Assembly (NCBI GenBank): GCA_900617105.1
Contig: UYFQ01000506.1
Coordinates: forward strand, 310,001-369,691
Direction: 5' to 3'
DNA length: 59,691 nucleotides
Source: Hydrurus foetidus
Taxonomy: Eukaryota
Part shown: positions 1 to 10,745 of the stretch, one piece after another
How positions within the stretch are numbered: position 1 is the first letter of the stretch
Layout: every line of letters begins with the position of its first letter
Position numbers and translations under genes: made by a program
The notes under the pieces: model-generated
What the model was told of the DNA's origin: nothing
Seen by the model: the letters and a program-made list of their open reading frames with translations, nothing else
Databases searched by the model: none

Positions 1-368
1 GATCACGACGAGGTTCTTCGGCTTGCGCCGGACCGCCCAAATTCCTGGAGCCACGCTGGCTGGATCCGTGCGCTACGCAACATCGAACTTGAACGGGCCC
101 TGGCCTATTCCAACAAGGCCGTGGCCTTGAGGCGACGATCGATCCAGTCGACACGCGGGTTTTGTGCATTACCGGCGCTGGGTGGGCCATGGCGTTGGCC
201 GACTACGACTCTGTCCTTAAGGCTTATCCCCGTTCAGCCAGCACGCTTTATATGCGAGGGGTCGTCACGCATGGAATCAAGGCGTCCGGCGACGCGGACC
301 TCGCCGAGGCGCGAAAACTCGACAAGCAGATCGAGGTCAGGTGGACGGCGAGAGGCGTGACGCCGTAG
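1..368 (+). CDS. TPR-repeat protein, 3' part (frameshifted)
   Basis: Frames give ...WIRALRNIELERALAYSNKAVAL... and ALADYDSVLKAYPRSASTLYMRG...GDADLAEARKLD, TPR-like helices; stop at 366-368. Confidence 0.65.
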
Positions 369-380
369 CGATTCAACCGA

Positions 381-500
381 TCAACTGAAAGCCGCCTGGC
401 TGATCAGACCCAGGGATAGCCACAGAGCCACGCCGAACATGGCGAGGTAGGCGCGGGGCATACGCCGGTGGTTGATCGAGTAGATGCGGCGCATGAGCAT
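381..500 (-). CDS. putative 39-aa small membrane protein
   Basis: ATG at 500 to TGA at 381: MLMRRIYSINHRRMPRAYLAMFGVALWLSLGLISQAAFS; basic N-terminus plus one hydrophobic helix. Confidence 0.45.
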   Translation of the reverse strand: MLMRRIYSINHRRMPRAYLAMFGVALWLSLGLISQAAFS

Positions 501-592
501 GGATCGCCCGACGGCCTGTTTCTTCGGAGAAAGAAACGTCGCCGGATGATTTTGATGCGTCGGAAGGTCATTTGCCCGAGGTGGCGCTGGCC

Positions 593-628
593 AAAGAAAA
601 AGGGCGGGACCTTGCGGTCCCGCCCTTC
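593..628 (-). terminator. rho-independent terminator of groESL
   Basis: Hairpin aagggcgggacc-ttgc-ggtcccgccctt with A-run on + (U-run on -) just after the groEL stop. Confidence 0.85.
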
Positions 629-662
629 GTCTTGTTGGTTCAGCAGGTGCTGACCGGACTTC

Positions 663-2315
<1,653 letters not shown>

Positions 2316-2362
2316 TCAAAAGAGAAATAGGGGGTTGGAAAGTCGTTCGGACGGAGGAGGGC

Positions 2363-2653
2363 TTAGGCCTCGACCACGCCCAGAACGTCGCTTTCCTTCA
2401 TGATCAGCAGGTCTTGACCATCGACCTTCACTTCCGTGCCCGACCACTTGCCGAACAGGATGCGATCGCCAGCCTTCACGTCCAGAGCGACGACGTCGCC
2501 CTTGTCGTTACGGGCGCCGGGGCCGACGGCGACAACTTCGCCTTCTTGCGGCTTTTCCTTGGCGGTGTCGGGGATGATGATCCCGCCCTTGGTCTTGGTT
2601 TCTTCTTCGACGCGCTTCACGAGGACGCGGTCGCCCAGGGGACGAAATTTCAT
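2363..2653 (-). CDS. groES: co-chaperonin GroES
   Basis: [14 protein letters not shown]...[16 protein letters not shown]. Confidence 0.99.
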   Translation of the reverse strand: MKFRPLGDRVLVKRVEEETKTKGGIIIPDTAKEKPQEGEVVAVGPGARNDKGDVVALDVKAGDRILFGKWSGTEVKVDGQDLLIMKESDVLGVVEA

Positions 2654-2712
2654 AGGATGTTCTCCGTCGGGACGGTTAGAATTAGGGATCGCCAGCGAGG
2701 GAAGCACTGCTG

Positions 2713-2739
2713 TTAGCAGTCGCCCCCGGTGAGTGCCAG
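2713..2739 (-). promoter_or_regulatory. CIRCE element (HrcA operator)
   Basis: ttagcagtc-N9-gagtgccag against consensus TTAGCACTC-N9-GAGTGCTAA, upstream of groES. Confidence 0.9.
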
Positions 2740-2860
2740 CGCCGGGCAGGAGGTAGTGCCGGGGGATGGCGGAGTCAAGGATTGCGCCCTCCGATTCTGG
2801 CGCGCCAAATGCCCCGCGCCGCCTCGGCGGCCAGCCAGGACAGGCTTAAGGACAGGCTTG

Positions 2861-3256
2861 ATGAAACGTTTTCTACCCTCGGCCCTGGCGGCCAGTCTGG
2901 GCCTGATCCTTGTGGCGGGTTGCGTCAGCGCGCCCCCGCCACCGCCTGGTCCCGCGACGGTTTCGGACGCTGGACCGGTCGTTCTGGCGCCCGGGCAGGC
3001 GCTGCGGATCGAACTGCCGCTGAACGCCGGCACGGGCTATTCCTGGCGGCTGGATCGGGAGGCGGACGGCACGGTTCTGAGCGGCGGCTCCAGCCAGACC
3101 ACCAACGCCGCCCTGCCGGGCGGGGCGATCATGACGATCTTTACCTATCAGGCCACGGGGCGCGGCACGGCCGAACTGTCCTTCACCCTCAAGCAGCCGT
3201 GGATGCCCGACACGGCCGGCGACACCCGACGGGTCTTCAGGGTGCTGGTCAAATGA
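2861..3256 (+). CDS. lipoprotein with chagasin-like (inhibitor I42) domain
   Basis: Lipobox LVAGC; motifs NAGTGYSW, PGG, QPW. Confidence 0.8.
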   Translation: MKRFLPSALAASLGLILVAGCVSAPPPPPGPATVSDAGPVVLAPGQALRIELPLNAGTGYSWRLDREADGTVLSGGSSQTTNAALPGGAIMTIFTYQATGRGTAELSFTLKQPWMPDTAGDTRRVFRVLVK

Positions 3257-3589
3257 TCGATCATATCACCCTGGGCGTGGCGGATTTTGATCGCTCGGCG
3301 GCCTTCTGGCGACACGCCCTGGCGCCGCTGAGCCGTCCGGCGTCTCCACCGTGCCGCCGGTCACCCCAGGCCGTTCCATCGCCGGCAGGATGCGGCGTGG
3401 CGTTTGGCCAGACCACGGCCCAGGTCGACGCTCTTCATGCGGCCGCTGGCGGCGGGCGGGCGAGACAACGGTCCGCCCGGACTTCGCCCTCATTGTCATC
3501 CAGACTATGACGGCGCTTTCGTGCTGGACCCGGACGGGTTCAACATCGAGGCCGTCTGTCATGGCGCCGCGCCCGCGGCGCCCGTCTGA
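3253..3589 (+). CDS. VOC/glyoxalase family protein (frameshifted)
   Basis: MIDHITLGVADFDRSAAF... and ...YDGAFVLDPDGFNIEAVCH in different frames. Confidence 0.85.
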
Positions 3590-3614
3590 ACCGACCTCAA
3601 GGAGCGCCCCGCGC

Positions 3615-4031
3615 ATGTCGAGCTATGCCCTGTCCCTGCTGCTGGCCGTGCTCGCCTGCGTGATCGGTGGCGCGCTGGGCGGCATCGCCCTGGCCAGGCC
3701 GGCCCAGGGGCTTGGCATGGCGGGCCTCGCCCAGGGTGAGGCCACGCTGCCCCCGCTGCTGGCGGAGGGACGGGCGTTCGGCGGCCTGCTGGTGCTGTCG
3801 CATGCCGGGGCGGCCCTTTATCTGGGCTACCAGCCGGGGATTGGCGCGGCGATGGCCTTCGTCCTGGCCCTGGCCTGGTTCGGCGTCGCACTGGGTCGCG
3901 CCGCTTCGCTGCTGATCGACAAGGCCGGCGGCCGGTTCAATCTGGGCAACCTCGTCTTCGAGGTGCTGATCGGGACCACCCTGGCGCTGCCGTTTCTCAA
4001 TCCCGCCGTCTGGTGCTGCGCGGCGGGATGA
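3615..4031 (+). CDS. small multi-pass membrane protein (DUF4345-like)
   Basis: Four hydrophobic segments; EGRAFGG and GR..SLLID motifs. Confidence 0.65.
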   Translation: MSSYALSLLLAVLACVIGGALGGIALARPAQGLGMAGLAQGEATLPPLLAEGRAFGGLLVLSHAGAALYLGYQPGIGAAMAFVLALAWFGVALGRAASLLIDKAGGRFNLGNLVFEVLIGTTLALPFLNPAVWCCAAG

Positions 4032-4527
4032 TGAGGCGCGCGCCCTCGTGCCTTAGCAACCACGCCTTGCGCTCGAGACCGCCGCCATAGCCGGTGAGCG
4101 CGCCTGTGGCGCCGACCAGCCGGTGGCACGGCACCAGGATCGCGATGGGATTGGCGCCGTTGGCCGCGCCCACGGCCCGGGTCGCCGCAGGCTTGCCGAT
4201 CCGCGCGGCGAGGGCGGCGTAGGTCGAGGTGGTCCCGGCCGGTACGTCGAGCAGGGCGGTCCAGACCAACCGCAAAGGCCGCCGTCGGTCCCAGGGCAGA
4301 CGCCGCCAGCGTCCGCCGAAATAAGCGCTCAGAGACTGGCGAACTGGCGCCGGCGCCGCGCCATTTTCCGGAGACAGGTCGCCATAGTGCAGGCGCAACA
4401 GACCCATGCGCGGCATGTAGTCGTGAAAATCCAGTGCCCGCACGGAGCCGGTCTCGTCGGTGACCAGCAGGATCTCGCCCAGGGGCGAGCGGAGGCGGTC
4501 AAGGCGGAGGCGTGACGGGCGGGTCAT
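3997..4527 (-). CDS. ogt: methylated-DNA--protein-cysteine methyltransferase
   Basis: RAVGAANGANPIAILVPCHRLVG...GYGGGLERKAWLL.HE. Confidence 0.9.
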   Translation of the reverse strand: MTRPSRLRLDRLRSPLGEILLVTDETGSVRALDFHDYMPRMGLLRLHYGDLSPENGAAPAPVRQSLSAYFGGRWRRLPWDRRRPLRLVWTALLDVPAGTTSTYAALAARIGKPAATRAVGAANGANPIAILVPCHRLVGATGALTGYGGGLERKAWLLRHEGARLIIPPRSTRRRD

Positions 4528-4581
4528 GCAGAGTTTATCCGCGATCGCGAAGCTGCAGTCCGCCCGAATTTTGCGATCATT

Positions 4582-4596
4582 GTTCACTGTTTGTTC
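4582..4596. promoter_or_regulatory. LexA/SOS box (alphaproteobacterial GTTC-N7-GTTC)
   Basis: gttc-actgttt-gttc, exact match, between the divergent ogt and DUF559 genes. Confidence 0.65.
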
Positions 4597-4613
4597 AAGT
4601 CGAGATACATTCT

Positions 4614-5057
4614 CCCTTCCCCCTTGATGGGGGAAGGGCCGGGGATGGGGGTGATGCGGCATGTCCGACAAGCCGAAGCCAAGTCACGCGCCCGGCGCGA
4701 TCCGCCGGGCGCGCAGACTGCGCCGCGACATGACGGTCAGCGAGAGGAGGCTATGGGAAGCTTTGCGGGCCTTGAACCTGCACATCCGCAGACAAGCGCC
4801 GATCGGCCGCTACGTCGCCGACTTCGCCCATCATGGCGTCAAACTGGTCATAGAAGTGGATGGCGGTCGGCATGACCTGCCCGAGGCGCAATTGCGAGAC
4901 GCCGAGCGCGACGCGTGGCTGACCGCGCAGGGTTATAGGGTCATGCGGGTTCGGGACCGCGATGCGTACGAATATCCGTACGACATCGCCGAGCGTGTCG
5001 CGGCTGAGATTCAGCGGTCACCCCCATCCCAACCCTTCCCCCATCAAGGGGGAAGGG
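4614..5057. mobile_element. DUF559 gene flanked by ~40-bp hairpin-containing terminal inverted repeats
   Basis: Left arm cccttcccccttgatgggggaagggccggggatgggggtga (4614-4654) is the near-perfect reverse complement of the right arm (5018-5057). Confidence 0.7.
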
Positions 5058-5062
5058 CTTAG
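4661..5062 (+). CDS. DUF559 / Vsr-like PD-(D/E)XK endonuclease
   Basis: ARRLRRDMTVSERRLW..LR, RRQAPIGRYVADF, LVIEVDGGRH, RDAERDAWL..QGYRVMR. Confidence 0.92.
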   Translation: MSDKPKPSHAPGAIRRARRLRRDMTVSERRLWEALRALNLHIRRQAPIGRYVADFAHHGVKLVIEVDGGRHDLPEAQLRDAERDAWLTAQGYRVMRVRDRDAYEYPYDIAERVAAEIQRSPPSQPFPHQGGRA

Positions 5063-5066
5063 ACGA

Positions 5067-5565
5067 TCAGCGAATACCCGGAACGTGCAGGGCCGCTTCT
5101 TTCTCGGCCTTCTGCTTGAAGACCAGGTCGCCGTACTTGCCGTATTCCATGCGGGCGATGGTGCGCTGGTGCACTTCATCCGGGCCGTCGGCCAGGCGCA
5201 GGGTGCGGATGCCGGCATAGGCCTTGGCGAGACCGAAGTCGGTGGTCACGCCGCCGCCGCCGTGGGCCTGGATGGCGTCGTCGATGATCTTCAGGGCCAG
5301 GCGCGGGGCCGCGACCTTGATCATGGCGATCTCCAGACGGGCCGACTTGTTGCCGGCCTTGTCCATCATGTCGGCGGCCTTCAGGCACAGCAGGCGGCAC
5401 ATCTCGATGTCGATGCGGGCGTCGGCGACGCGTTCTTCCCAGACCGACTGGTCGGAGATGAACTTGCCGAACGCCTTGCGGCTCATCAGGCGCTTGCACA
5501 TCTTTTCCAGCGCGACTTCCGCCGTGCCGATGGTGCGCATGCAGTGGTGGATACGGCCGGGGCCA

Positions 5566-5597
<32 letters not shown>

Positions 5598-6372
5598 TTC
5601 GCCCAGCAGCAGGGCGTCTTCCACCGGAACGCGGACGTTCTTGAGGATCACCTCGGCATGGCCGTGCGGGGCGTCGTCATAGCCGAACACCGGCAGCATG
5701 CGGACGATCTCGATGCCGGCGCGTCCAGCGGCACCAGGACCTGGCTCTGCTGAGCGTGGCGGCTGGCGTTGTCGGGTCGGTCTTGCCCATGACGATGGCG
5801 ACCTTGCAGCGCGGATCGCCCACGCCCGAGGACCACCACTTGCGGCCGTTGATCACATAGTGGTCGCCGTCGCGCTCGATGCGGGTCTCGATATTGGTGG
5901 CGTCCGAGGAGGCCACGTCCGGCTCGGTCATCAGGAAGGCGCTGCGGATCTCGCCGTTCATCAGCGGGCGCAGCCAGCGCTCCTTCTGCTCCAGCGTGCC
6001 GTAGCGCATCAGCACTTCCATGTTGCCGGTGTCGGGTGCCGAGCAGTTGAAGACTTCCGACGCGAAGCCGACCTTGCCCAGCTGCTCGGCGATCAGGCTG
6101 TATTCCAGGTTAGTCAGTTGCACGCCCTCGAAGACGAAGGTGTCGTCGACGTGGGTCTAGCCGCTGTGCGGCGGCATGAAGAAGTTCCACAGCCCGGCCG
6201 CCTTGGCCTTGGCCTTCAGTTCCTCGACGACCTGCACGACCTTCCAGCGCTCGGCGCCGAGGACGTTCATCTCGGCCTCGTATCGCGGGATGGCCGGCAC
6301 GATGTGCTCGTCCATGAACGCGGTGACGCGATCGAGGAATTGCCGCTGCGTGGGGGAGATGTCGAAATCCAT
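5067..6372 (-). CDS. acyl-CoA dehydrogenase (frameshifted)
   Basis: [49 protein letters not shown]. Confidence 0.95.
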
Positions 6373-6392
6373 GGCGCTTCCCAATCCCTGTC

Positions 6393-6410
6393 TTCAAACG
6401 TTTGTTTGAA
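6393..6410. promoter_or_regulatory. PsrA-like palindromic operator
   Basis: ttcaaac-gttt-gtttgaa dyad about 20 bp upstream of the acyl-CoA dehydrogenase. Confidence 0.65.
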
Positions 6411-6499
6411 GTGGTTGTAGCACCGGGCTGACGCGGACGGCAAGATGGGATGGCAAGCAGACTTGCAGCCGTGGGGCGGCGCCCTTCAAGATGCCCGCC

Positions 6500-7101
6500 A
6501 TGAACATCCAGATTCTCCCCCTCAACGGCCGCCATGTGCGGCTGGAACCCATCACGCCTGACCTGCCCGGGCCCTGCGCGACGAATTGCGCGCCGCGATC
6601 GACTGCGATCCCGCCAGCTGGGAAATCATGTCGACCAACGGCTGCGGCGAGGGCTTCGAGGACTGGTGGGGCGCGCTGCAGGGCGAGACCCAGCGCGGCG
6701 AGCGCATCGGCTTCGCCATCCGCCGGCTGTCCGACGGCAAGGTGGTGGGCACGTCCAGCTATCTGAACATCCGCCGCCTGCACAAGGGTCTGGAGGTCGG
6801 CTCGACCTTCCTGCATCCGGACGCGCGCTCAGGCCCGATCAATCCGGAGAGCAAGCGGCTGATGCTGGGCCACGCCTTCGCGGCCGGCGCCATCCGGGTG
6901 GAGTTCATGATCGATGTCCGCAATGCCCGCAGCCAGGCGGCCATCACAAAGCTGGGCGCCGACAAGGACGGCGTGCTGCGCAATCACAAGATCACCTGGA
7001 CGGGCCACGTGCGCGACACGGCCGTGTTCTCGATTACCGACGCCGATTGGCCGGGCGTCAAGCAGCGGCTGGACTTCCGGCTGACGGAGACGTTCGTCTA
7101 G
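6500..7101 (+). CDS. GNAT (RimJ/RimL-like) acetyltransferase (frameshifted)
   Basis: RHVRLEP..., LEVGSTF, NPESKRLMLGHAF, DVRNARSQAAITKLGA. Confidence 0.85.
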
Positions 7102-7242
7102 ATCAAGGTTTGCTGCGAGCAATGAGTCTCATCTCAATGCTTCACGGTTTTGAGCGAGCTTTGGCTTGAATGATCGCCCCTATACCCAATTTGGGGGCGG
7201 GCCCAAGGTGTTGGTAACCGTCATGCTGCAAGTCTTCGCTGC

Positions 7243-8436
7243 ATGGGTGGCATGGCATGTTTGAGAATCTGCATTGAACATGGCGCACAAGACGCGTCTG
7301 CGGATGGCGTCACGCCGGGCAAGATCGATCGCACCGCCGCGCTGTATGTCGAGAGCCGCTGGCCGCCGCCCCGGCGTTTTGGTCAGGTCGCGCCCGGGGC
7401 CTATGTTCTGGTCGACCCTAACGCCGAGTTCCTGGATGGCGAGGAACTCAAGCAGATCGCCAGCGAACTTCAGCTGCGCCTGTTCGGCACTCAAGGCCGA
7501 GAAGACCTGTGCATGCTCACCTATGAGGGCGACGAGACCCAGGTGCTGCGCTTTGCGTGCCTGCCCGAGGTCGAACTGCTGTCCATGAGGGGCGGAGAGC
7601 CACCGCCGCCCGTCGGGCGCACCCGCGTCGTCACGCGAGATGGGGTGCAAGAACTGGCCTCCTGGGGCTCGACGCCGCGCAACGTCGCCCAGGCCGCCGT
7701 TGGACCTCTCGACGGGCCGCGCCTGGGATGGCGCGGAGTCTACAATCCCGTCACCGAGTATTTCGAGGCCAGCCAGCCGCAATTCATGCTGCGGGAGCCT
7801 GAAAAGACGGTCCCGGACGACAGCCAGTACATGCGGTCGGATCTGGCGATGCTGGATGCGAACGTCGCCGCTCTCGAGCAGCAGCCGGGTCTGCGCTTGC
7901 AGACCGATTTCCGGATGTGGAGCCTGGTCCGCACCAGCCTGCGCGAGGCCTATCAGGCCAGGCTGTCGTCCCTGTCCTGGTCGGTCGCCGATCAGCTGAG
8001 CGCCCAGGTCTATGAGACGCCGCGCGACTTGCCGTTCTCGGCCATCGCGCCGTTGCGCGATCTGCTGCGACCGGTGTTCCAGCGAATTGAACTTCGGATC
8101 GAAGATGCCGGGTTCAACGTCCGGGCCGTCCCGGCCAATCTGATCGACGGCGTGGTCCTGCAATTGTCAGGCTCCGACGAACTCCAGCGCCTGCTGAGCC
8201 TGCGGCGGTTCCTGTCTGCGCGTCGGCAATATATCGACCTAAAGCTGCGGCAAGGCGTCACAGGCGTGCGATCCCGCCGCGAATTTGACCTGTGTCGCGA
8301 GCTCAGACTGTCCTCGGTGAGCGGACCTTTTGTCACCGCTCCGTTCAGCGAACCCCTGCTGGAACAGGCGTTCCCGCATCCGGGTTTGCCGTTCAGGAAG
8401 GCTCCTCCGTCCGCCGAAAACCAAGGGTTGAGTTAA
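7243..8436 (+). CDS. hypothetical protein with degenerate EAL-like C-terminal domain (paralog 1)
   Basis: GWRGVYNP...FEAS and GVTGVRSRREFDLCREL...VSGPF resemble first and last EAL elements; N-domain shared with next gene. Confidence 0.65.
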   Translation: MGGMACLRICIEHGAQDASADGVTPGKIDRTAALYVESRWPPPRRFGQVAPGAYVLVDPNAEFLDGEELKQIASELQLRLFGTQGREDLCMLTYEGDETQVLRFACLPEVELLSMRGGEPPPPVGRTRVVTRDGVQELASWGSTPRNVAQAAVGPLDGPRLGWRGVYNPVTEYFEASQPQFMLREPEKTVPDDSQYMRSDLAMLDANVAALEQQPGLRLQTDFRMWSLVRTSLREAYQARLSSLSWSVADQLSAQVYETPRDLPFSAIAPLRDLLRPVFQRIELRIEDAGFNVRAVPANLIDGVVLQLSGSDELQRLLSLRRFLSARRQYIDLKLRQGVTGVRSRREFDLCRELRLSSVSGPFVTAPFSEPLLEQAFPHPGLPFRKAPPSAENQGLS

Positions 8437-8488
8437 TGCTCGCAAACGAGTGTCCCTAACCAATTGGCGATGAATCGCTGGTAGGTCA

Positions 8489-9781
8489 GTGACCATGACC
8501 GCGATCGCCTGTTTGCGCCTGCTCATCGACGATGACGCCCTCCCGGCCTTGCGGGCCCAGGAGGCGGCGGACGCCTATCTTAAGGCGCGCTGGACGGCGC
8601 CGCGCCGATACGGCGCCGTGGCGCCCCTGGCCTTCGTTCTGGCCGACAACCGCGCCAAGCAACTGGATCCCGTCGAGATGCAGGCCCTGGCCGCCGAGCT
8701 GGAGGCCAGCCTGTTCCCCGGTCGCAAGAGCGGTCAGGTCTGTTTGCTGACCTTCGAGGGCGATGAGAGCGCGGTCCTGAAATTCGCCAGCCTGAGCCAG
8801 GCTGAACTGGCCGGTCTGGTGGCCGGCGAGGGTTATGGCGGCCCCGCCGGTCGTGTGCAGGTGGTCACGGCCGAAGCCATCCGCGCTGTGCCCAGCACGC
8901 GCGAGGAGGCCCTCGAGGCCAAGGCGGCGGCTGTCGCCCCGCCGGCTCCCATCACGCCGCCGCCTGCCGTTCCAGCGGCCGCCGCCGCGCCTGAGACCGC
9001 TGCGGTTCAGGTCGAGACGCGCGCGCCTCAGGTCCCGGCTCCCGAGCTGGCCGCCCGGGCCAAGCCGGCGCCGCCTCCGCCTCCGCCGCCATCCAAGACC
9101 GGCTGGTGGGGTCTCTATGATCTGCCGGCCGAGGCCTTTGTCGGCTCGATGATCGGTCTGCGCGCCGATCTCACCGACGCGCCCCCCGAGGCGGATTCAG
9201 CGCTGCTGACCCGCGACCTCAGCTGCCTCAACGACGCTCAGACCGCCCTCAAGACCGCGCCTTTCGGCGACTTCTACGTGCCGTTCGGCTTCTGGAACCT
9301 GACCACGCCGCACGCCCAGGACGCCTACAAGACCCGCCTGTCGCGCTATCCGCTGGACCTGCAGCCCCGCCTGGGGGCCAGCGTCTATGGCACCCCGCGG
9401 GAGGCCTCGCTGGGTCTGGTCAGCCAGATCCGCGCCTTCCTGAAAGGCAGCTTCGCCTTCCTCGACCTCAATGTGGTGGATCCGACCTTCCCGGTGCACA
9501 CCCTGCCGCCCGAGCTGATCGACAGCGTCACCCTGACCCTGACCGGCGAGGACGAGCGCGAGCGCCTGAACAAGATCCTGAAGTTCGTGGAGCGCCAGGG
9601 CGTCTATCGCGGCAAGGGCGTGGCCCAGTGCGTGGCCGGCGTCAGCAGCGCCAACGAACTGGACGCCTGCCGCCAGGGCGGCGTCGCCCGGGTGCAGGGC
9701 ACGGCCATCACCGGCTTCCTCGACAAGCCCGTCGCCCAGGCCGAGGGCGCGCCGCTGGCCCAGGCCCGCGACGCGGCCTGA
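8489..9781 (+). CDS. hypothetical protein with degenerate EAL-like C-terminal domain (paralog 2)
   Basis: Shared ACLR..RW..PRR.G.VAP..CLLTFEGDE; Pro/Ala linker; CVAGVSSANELDACRQGGVARVQG. Confidence 0.7.
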   Translation: MTMTAIACLRLLIDDDALPALRAQEAADAYLKARWTAPRRYGAVAPLAFVLADNRAKQLDPVEMQALAAELEASLFPGRKSGQVCLLTFEGDESAVLKFASLSQAELAGLVAGEGYGGPAGRVQVVTAEAIRAVPSTREEALEAKAAAVAPPAPITPPPAVPAAAAAPETAAVQVETRAPQVPAPELAARAKPAPPPPPPPSKTGWWGLYDLPAEAFVGSMIGLRADLTDAPPEADSALLTRDLSCLNDAQTALKTAPFGDFYVPFGFWNLTTPHAQDAYKTRLSRYPLDLQPRLGASVYGTPREASLGLVSQIRAFLKGSFAFLDLNVVDPTFPVHTLPPELIDSVTLTLTGEDERERLNKILKFVERQGVYRGKGVAQCVAGVSSANELDACRQGGVARVQGTAITGFLDKPVAQAEGAPLAQARDAA

Positions 9782-9917
9782 TAGAACCGCTTCATCTGGG
9801 CCTGCCCGTGGGCGCCCAGACGGATGTGGCCGATCCGGCGACCGCGATGGATTTCCACGCAACAGCTCCGTCGTTCCATGCCAAATGTCCTGCGCTTGCG
9901 GTCGGCCTCAACGGCGC

Positions 9918-9947
9918 TTGACCCTCACGTCGCGTGATCCCTGATTG
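9918..9947 (+). promoter_or_regulatory. MerR-type promoter with spacer dyad
   Basis: -35 ttgacc followed by palindrome tcacg-tcg-cgtga, upstream of the MerR gene. Confidence 0.7.
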
Positions 9948-9974
9948 ATCGTCTCCAGTGAGAGAGAGGACGAT

Positions 9975-10739
9975 TTGAGCACCTACACGGTCAAGCAGAT
10001 GGCGAGGCTTTCGGGCGTCTCGGTGCGGGCCTTGCACCATTACGACGCCCTGGGTTTGCTGAAGCCCAGCGCCGTGGGCGGCAATGGCTACCGCTACTAC
10101 AGCCGGGACGATCTGCTGCGGCTGCAGCAGATCCTGTTCTATCGCGAACTGGAGACGCCCTTGCGCGACATTCAGGTCGCCCTGGATGACCCCGACTTCG
10201 ACGCGGCGTCGGCCTGCGCGCACCGGGTTCGGCTGACGGCCGAGGCCAGGCGCTATGACCGGTTGGTGCGGGTGATCGACCAGACTCTCGAAGCCCTGAG
10301 CGGAGACGAGACAATGGATGACAAGACGATGTTCCTGGGGTTCTCCCGGAAAAGCAGGCCGCGAACGAGGCATGGCTTGTCGAAACCTATGGCGGCGACA
10401 TGCCTGAGCGCATTGCGCAGTCGAAGGCCGGCATGAAGGACTGGACCGTGCGCGACGGCACGGCCTTTCAGGAGGAGTCCAGGGCGATCGAGCACGATCT
10501 GTCCGGGCGTTGACCCAAGGCCTGCCGGCCGATTCCGAGGTCGTGCGGACGATCATGCAGCGGCACTGGAACTGGGTGGCCAAGGCCTGGAACCGCAAGC
10601 CGGACCCGGCGGCCTTCGCGGACTTGGGCGGCTGTATCTGGAGGTTCCGGAGTTCACCGCCCGCTATGAGGCGGTGTCGCCGGGGCTGACGGAATATCTG
10701 GCCGAGGCGATGCGGGTGTTCGCGGAGGGCAGGGGCTAG
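9975..10739 (+). CDS. skgA: MerR family regulator with TipAS-like domain, SkgA-like (frameshifted)
   Basis: YTVKQMARLSGVSVRALHHYDALGLLKP...GYRYY; C-terminal frames resemble TipAS; symbol inferred from position next to mutL as recalled for C. crescentus. Confidence 0.7.
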
Positions 10740-10745
10740 CTGCCC

